DNA of 20,753 bases from the NCBI GenBank assembly GCA_964472345.1, contig CAYYLB010000011.1, forward strand, positions 1 to 20,753. The letters are read 5' to 3'. The stretch is from an uncultured Methanosarcinales archaeon (GTDB lineage: Archaea > Nanobdellota > Nanobdellia > Woesearchaeales > JAGLXL01). Below the pieces are notes generated by a model. It saw only the letters and a list, made by a program, of their open reading frames with translations, did no database searches and was not told where the DNA came from. A program made the translations under genes and the position numbers. Below, one piece after another: positions 16,767-20,753 of the stretch. Positions within the stretch are counted from its first letter, which is position 1; each line of letters starts with the position of its first letter.

Positions 16767-17690
16767 ATGAACAAGGGGGAGATGATGTTTATGAAACCGA
16801 AAGAGCAACTGCAAAAACTTAGGAAGCATTGGCTTGCTGCCGCGCTTGTTGTCGGAGTGCTCGTCATCTTCCTGATGATCGGAACGGGACGTGTTGCGAC
16901 ATTTCAGGGCACCACGGATGTCCAGGAGCGAGGTTGGGGTCAACTTGTGGTGCAATCTGCTGGTGGCGGAGGTGGAGGCGGCTCTGGAAGACTTATCGGA
17001 GCAGCAGCATCTGAATCCTTGCAAAACCTTCTTGATCGTAAAGTGGCTACCGATGTTACCCTCTCAACGGAAATTGAACGGGGGACATTTCAGAAGGCAG
17101 AGCAACAGCTCAAGGCGACCATCTCAGCAAACAAAGGCCTCATTCTCGATGAGAAATTGGCACGACACGGCTCGGGCAGATCATTGGCGTACGAAGGGAG
17201 CTACCGCATCAAAATAAGCCCGGATAATTACGATCGCGCCATAGCCCAATTAAAGGCAATAGGGGGAGTTGTTGAATTCACCCAGCACAGTGAAGACATT
17301 TCAGATCAGTATGTGAACACGCAGGTAGAGATCGATACCGAGAAATCGCGGCTTGTGCGTTATAACCGGATCTATGCAGATGCAGTGACAATCGAGGAGA
17401 AGCTCAGCATTACCAACCTGATATTCGAGCAGGAGCGGAAAATCAAATATCTGGAAGACGCGCTGAAAAACAGTGACCAGCGGCTTGAGTATGTCGCCAT
17501 TGCGTTATCGCTGCAAGAAAAACGCTCAGCATACGTGGATATTGTCGTCGTCAAGTTCGCGCAACTGGCGAAGCTCTTCGTCGCAAGAATGAACGGCCTC
17601 CTCGAGTTCCTCTTCGTGGTGCTGCCGTTTGGGATTGCCGCGCTGATGGTGTGGCTTTTCGTACGATTCGTGCGAAGACGGAGGCAGTGA
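16767..17690 (+). CDS. Bitopic membrane protein. It has an N-terminal TM, a poly-Gly linker, a ~230-aa extracytoplasmic coiled-coil-rich domain, and a C-terminal TM with an Arg-rich tail.
   Basis: 'WLAAALVVGVLVIFLMIGTGRVATF', 'GGGGGGGSGRLIGAAASES', C-terminal 'FLFVVLPFGIAALMVWLFVRFVRRRRQ'. ATG at 16767 lies 27 nt from the TATA. ORF-track start 16719 is upstream of the promoter. Confidence 0.55.
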   Translation: MNKGEMMFMKPKEQLQKLRKHWLAAALVVGVLVIFLMIGTGRVATFQGTTDVQERGWGQLVVQSAGGGGGGGSGRLIGAAASESLQNLLDRKVATDVTLSTEIERGTFQKAEQQLKATISANKGLILDEKLARHGSGRSLAYEGSYRIKISPDNYDRAIAQLKAIGGVVEFTQHSEDISDQYVNTQVEIDTEKSRLVRYNRIYADAVTIEEKLSITNLIFEQERKIKYLEDALKNSDQRLEYVAIALSLQEKRSAYVDIVVVKFAQLAKLFVARMNGLLEFLFVVLPFGIAALMVWLFVRFVRRRRQ

Positions 17691-17730
17691 TATTCCTTTT
17701 TTATCTCTTTATCCTTTTTGTTTCTTCTTT
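17691..17730 (+). terminator. T-rich tract (tattccttttttatctctttatcctttttgtttcttcttt) after the stop of the + gene. This is an archaeal oligo-T style terminator.
   Basis: Direct read. It partly overlaps the 3' end of the convergent gene. Confidence 0.35.
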
Positions 17731-18428
17731 CTAGAATACTTCCAAAGAATAGCAATGATAATAACAGCAATAATCGTCACTGCGGCGCCGAGCAAAAACC
17801 AAACCACTGCATCTGATTGCTGAGCGACAACCGTAGCAGCCTTCGCGGTAGCCTCTTCAGCTGCACCTGAGGCATTTTGCACCATCTCTTTGGCTGATTC
17901 TCCAGTGGTTGCTATGCTTCCTCCACCTCCTCCTCCGCCTTCAAGAACGGACTTCGCAAGAAGCTGGTCTTGTAGCTCGCTCCCTACCGAGGAGACGGTT
18001 CCTGAGGCCGAGAACACAGCAATTCTCCCACTGACTAACGCCAAGAGTCCTGCAAAGAGAGCACTGACTCCTAACGCAATGCCCGCCACCGGCAGCACCG
18101 CCCTCAGCTTCTCCCGCAGGCCTTCGATCTTCTTTGGAGCGATGATGATGTACTTGTTCGCGAGCTTGTAGTGCTGCACCTCCCTGCCCTTGGGGCTGTA
18201 GTGGAACTCTTCCGTTGCGATGAGCTTGGCTTCCTGCAGCTTCTGGATATGATAATGCACGGTCGAGAGCGGAATGCCAAGAGCGGCGGCGATGCCCGAC
18301 TCAGTGTCGTCTTCCCTGTCCGCAAGATGCTCAAGGATCCTCCTGCTGGTCTCGCTGGTGATGGTCTCGGCGAGCTTCTTGGTTTTTGGCTCGCTCAGAT
18401 CAACGAGGAGGAACTTGCCTTTTGCCAT
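17709..18428 (-). CDS. Membrane-tethered ArsR-family winged-HTH transcriptional regulator. Domain order is wHTH, TM1, poly-Gly loop, TM2, Lys-rich tail.
   Basis: 'SETSRRILEHLADREDDTESGIAAALGIPLSTVHYHIQKLQEAKLIATEE' is an ArsR-type HTH. TM1 is 'VLPVAGIALGVSALFAGLLALV'. The loop carries 'GGGGGGGS'. TM2 is 'VVWFLLGAAVTIIAVIIIAILW', followed by 'KYSRKKKQKG'. ATG 18428 (M4) fits TATA 18451-18459. ORF-track start 18437 is also possible. Confidence 0.6.
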   Translation of the reverse strand: MAKGKFLLVDLSEPKTKKLAETITSETSRRILEHLADREDDTESGIAAALGIPLSTVHYHIQKLQEAKLIATEEFHYSPKGREVQHYKLANKYIIIAPKKIEGLREKLRAVLPVAGIALGVSALFAGLLALVSGRIAVFSASGTVSSVGSELQDQLLAKSVLEGGGGGGGSIATTGESAKEMVQNASGAAEEATAKAATVVAQQSDAVVWFLLGAAVTIIAVIIIAILWKYSRKKKQKG

Positions 18429-18477
18429 GGGAAGCATCTGCGGAAGCCGCTTTAAATACGTTGTGATGGCTTCGAAC

Positions 18478-18492
18478 GGGGTTGAAGTCTTC
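18478..18492 (-). promoter_or_regulatory. Box c (GAAGACTTCAACCCC on the minus strand). It lies 21 nt upstream of TATA tatttaaag for the ArsR-TM regulator gene.
   Basis: Direct read. It is identical to box a over 15 nt. Confidence 0.5.
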
Positions 18493-18515
18493 GCGGGGCG
18501 TTGCGGGCGCGGCGT

Positions 18516-19208
18516 TCACCGTCGCCGTTCGTGCCCTCCTGTATCACTCATCCCGCCCGCAGGAAACGAAAGTGGGGATGAGAGCGGGGGTGGCGCGGCA
18601 CGGCTGAGAAGCCGCACCCATCGGTAGCTGTGGAACAGGACGACATGGTCACGGACAGCCTGGCGTGCGAAGGGGTCGCCCTTCCGTAAGAGCCCGATGA
18701 AGTCTTTTGTCCGCAGGAGCCGTGCAGAAACCCTGTTTTCAAGAGTGACGAAGCACGTTTCAACGATGGCAGTGATTCTTTTCCGGTGCATCTTCCTCAT
18801 CAGCAGGAGCATATCAAGGTCGCTTTCCTTCGTCCCGGTGCCGCGGGCAAGAGAGCCGAAGACCAGCGCAGCATCAACAAGAGGGGCTGCCTCTTTCCTG
18901 AACTGCTCCATCGGGCCACGGAAGCGGGGATGTTTCATAAGGAAACCGGCAAGCGTTTCCCTCTCCAGCAGCGCAAAGCAGAGGCGTCCCGTTTCGGAGG
19001 CAAGGTTTGGCCGCAGCAGCCTGAGCAGCGGCTTCTTCCCCCTGAGTTCCTCCGCGATCACCTCCGCCGTGAGCAGCTCCTGCACATAGGCGTAAGCCCT
19101 TTTCTGCGAGGCGCGGACCTCCCTGATCAAGGCTGATATGGGGATTTCTCCCCGTCGGTAGACTGCTTCAATGATCTTGTATTTCGTTTGCGGAATGGGA
19201 AAAATCAT
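18516..19208 (-). CDS. Minimal nucleotidyltransferase (pol-beta superfamily, MntA-like) fused to an N-terminal wHTH-like domain.
   Basis: 'ALVFGSLARGTGTKESDLDMLLL' matches the GS-x9-13-DxD NTase motif. The ATG at 19208 overlaps the upstream HEPN stop as ATGA. ORF-track start 19295 lies inside the HEPN gene. Confidence 0.7.
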   Translation of the reverse strand: MIFPIPQTKYKIIEAVYRRGEIPISALIREVRASQKRAYAYVQELLTAEVIAEELRGKKPLLRLLRPNLASETGRLCFALLERETLAGFLMKHPRFRGPMEQFRKEAAPLVDAALVFGSLARGTGTKESDLDMLLLMRKMHRKRITAIVETCFVTLENRVSARLLRTKDFIGLLRKGDPFARQAVRDHVVLFHSYRWVRLLSRAAPPPLSSPLSFPAGGMSDTGGHERRR

Positions 19209-19717
19209 CGGTAACACCTCTCCTCGATGAACGGAACAATCTTCTTCGCCAGCAGGTACACGCTCTCCGCATCGCTCCGCGACAGCTGCTTCCATTTCCC
19301 GACATCATACTGCCCGATTTTCCTCAGGGAATACATGACATCAAAGCCCGTGAAGTCCGCGAACTTCGCATGGATCCCCCTAAGCTCGCCGTAGAGCCCC
19401 GACGGGAGGACATCAAAAAACGTGAGGGCGAGAATGGCGCAGAGATGATCCTTCGAGTAGAACCCTCTCTCCTTGATGAGCAGCGCATTCATCGCATGGT
19501 GGATCGCGTAGTACGACTTGACGATGGCCCAATCCCACTGCTCCCGGGAGAAGTCAGCGTCGACGCTCCGCAGGTCGCTCTTTGCCTTTTCCAGGTGCGA
19601 AGAAAATTCCCCGGTTTGCACCTCAACAAACTTTCCCAGGGAAGCACAGTTCTCATAGGCAGCCCTGACACGCTCGGGCTTCTGCGGCAGCTGAGGGACG
19701 ACTTCTTCGATGACCAT
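19205..19717 (-). CDS. HEPN-domain protein, a putative toxin/RNase partner of the downstream nucleotidyltransferase.
   Basis: All-helical; 'WDWAIVKSYYAIHHAMNALLIKERGFYSKDH' matches the HEPN core helices. It is translationally coupled to the NTase gene. TATA atatataaat (19741-19750) lies 28 nt upstream. Confidence 0.6.
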   Translation of the reverse strand: MVIEEVVPQLPQKPERVRAAYENCASLGKFVEVQTGEFSSHLEKAKSDLRSVDADFSREQWDWAIVKSYYAIHHAMNALLIKERGFYSKDHLCAILALTFFDVLPSGLYGELRGIHAKFADFTGFDVMYSLRKIGQYDVGKWKQLSRSDAESVYLLAKKIVPFIEERCYR

Positions 19718-19933
19718 AATAGACAGAATAGTATATAACTATATATAAATTTATCTATTTTTCCCCGTGCGCTGTATGTGGGCGCAACGAAGCGCATGAA
19801 TCACCACTGCATAACCTACAGGGGGAGGCGTCAGAGGCGCGTGGACCCCCTTGTGATCATTCTGGATCCGTGCTCGCCCTGCTCTTGCGAACGGGGGAGC
19901 GAAAGCGATGGACTGTATGACGCAGACGCCCCT

Positions 19934-20624
19934 TTATTCTATTTTGTCATGCTTTTCCAAATTACATTTAGCACAGAGAATCCTTACATTTTTTTCGGTT
20001 ATACTACTTCCCCCTTTAGAAAATGGTAACTCATGGTCGTAATGTAAGTTTTTGGTCGAACCACAAAGAACACACCGATTTTTTGTCTCTTTTCCAGACG
20101 GCAACTTTAACATTGGTTGGTATAAGTCTCGTATGTTCTTCTTCATCTTTTCCTTTTGGAATCTCGATAGCATCCTCAATAGGCTTAAGAATAAATTTTA
20201 GAACTTTTCTACCATTTGAAATTCTTGTCTCATAGTCAATCAATGAGAATAGCCCTTTTTCTGACCAAATTCCAGAATTTAATTTTTCAAAAACAAGTAT
20301 TTTTTCTGGAGAAATCAAGCCTTTTTTATAATCTTCTACTGCTTTCACAAATTTGCCATTTTCTGTCAATGTTCCATTATCAGTTAATAGTGGTTGATCA
20401 ATTTGCTTTGGTTCGGGGTTTTGTTTTGATTTTGGAACATCGTGACCCTCATAGATCAGCAAATTCCTCTCAATATCTATCTCATCGTCATATGGGGCGC
20501 CAGGCCTAACAGACATTAAAATGGCAGAAAGGCCCTTTTTTATGTGAAAATTCATCCCTTTCTGAATGGTATTTACATGAATTTTATTACACATCTCCCG
20601 AAAAGACAAAATTTCATCTTTCAT
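19934..20624 (-). pseudogene. HNH endonuclease with an uncharacterised N-terminal domain, interrupted by a 1-nt frameshift in a T6/A6 homopolymer (20079-20084).
   Basis: Frame 1 ends '...VKVAVWKRDKKSVCSLW'. Frame 2 continues 'KNRCVLCGSTKNLHYDHELPFSKGGSSITEKNVRILCAKCNLEKHDKIE' (CxxC...HxDH...N...CxxCN, an HNH motif). Deleting one A restores 'WKRDKNRCVLCGS'. The region is strongly AT-rich compared with its flanks. Confidence 0.6.
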
Positions 20625-20753
20625 ATTAACACCTGATTATAGGAAATAAATAAACCTTTCCCAAGGGGTGCCGGGTGCTATTGCACATAACCCATAACGC
20701 CCGAACAAAAACCATTTAAACCCCCCATCCGCCCCCGAAGCGCATGGCTCTCC

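Noticed and set aside
19757-19930. GC-rich ~170-nt block between the HEPN promoter and the AT-rich HNH island, considered as a possible ncRNA or tRNA-derived att site.
   Set aside because: It has local stems (GGGGG...CCCCC around 19815-19850) but no recognisable RNA family signatures. It is kept only as a possible island boundary within the HNH finding.
1-20753. Search for tRNA, rRNA and CRISPR arrays.
   Set aside because: I found no T-arm consensus (GGTTCGAATCC-like) with matching acceptor pairing and no spaced direct repeats. The GGTTGAAGTCTTC boxes superficially resemble a T-arm but lack cloverleaf context and are promoter elements.

Overview
This is a GC-rich archaeal chromosomal segment with a few clearly AT-richer patches (about 4060-4600 and 19930-20640). 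The archaeal assignment rests on three observations. First, the AlaRS is archaeal-type, with 'IHEDAWGGGGNLGPSMEF' and an HxxxH editing motif. Second, the CCA-adding enzyme is archaeal class I, with 'GGSGAKGTWL...HDADIFILF'. Third, at least ten genes have a TTTATA/TTTAAA box about 26-29 nt upstream of an ATG (leaderless-type promoters); a minority instead carry a GGTGA/GAGGTG SD-like element. Gene content mixes housekeeping genes with accessory modules. The housekeeping genes are RNase HIII-like, cca, a COG1407-like metallophosphoesterase, alaS and an SPFH/stomatin gene. The accessory modules are a VapBC pair, a HEPN/nucleotidyltransferase pair with an ATGA overlap, a DUF4143-type AAA+ ATPase, and a frameshifted HNH nuclease on an AT-rich island. 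The most interesting signal is an apparently undescribed cell-envelope regulon. A 45-nt promoter architecture, [GAAGACTTCAAyCC]-N21-23-[TATA], recurs four times. It sits upstream of (i) a polytopic membrane protein plus VWA-domain protein operon, (ii) a 35-aa single-TM micro-protein missing from the ORF track, (iii) a SIMPL/DUF541 protein, and (iv) a two-TM membrane-tethered ArsR-type wHTH regulator. The micro-protein is a near-copy of the regulator's C-terminal transmembrane anchor. The regulator, its convergent neighbour, and the VWA protein share a TM / poly-Gly / 'AAxSES' juxtamembrane module. Divergent from the first box is a secreted HExxH metalloprotease-like protein with a Cys-rich tail. 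No tRNA, rRNA or CRISPR array was detected.
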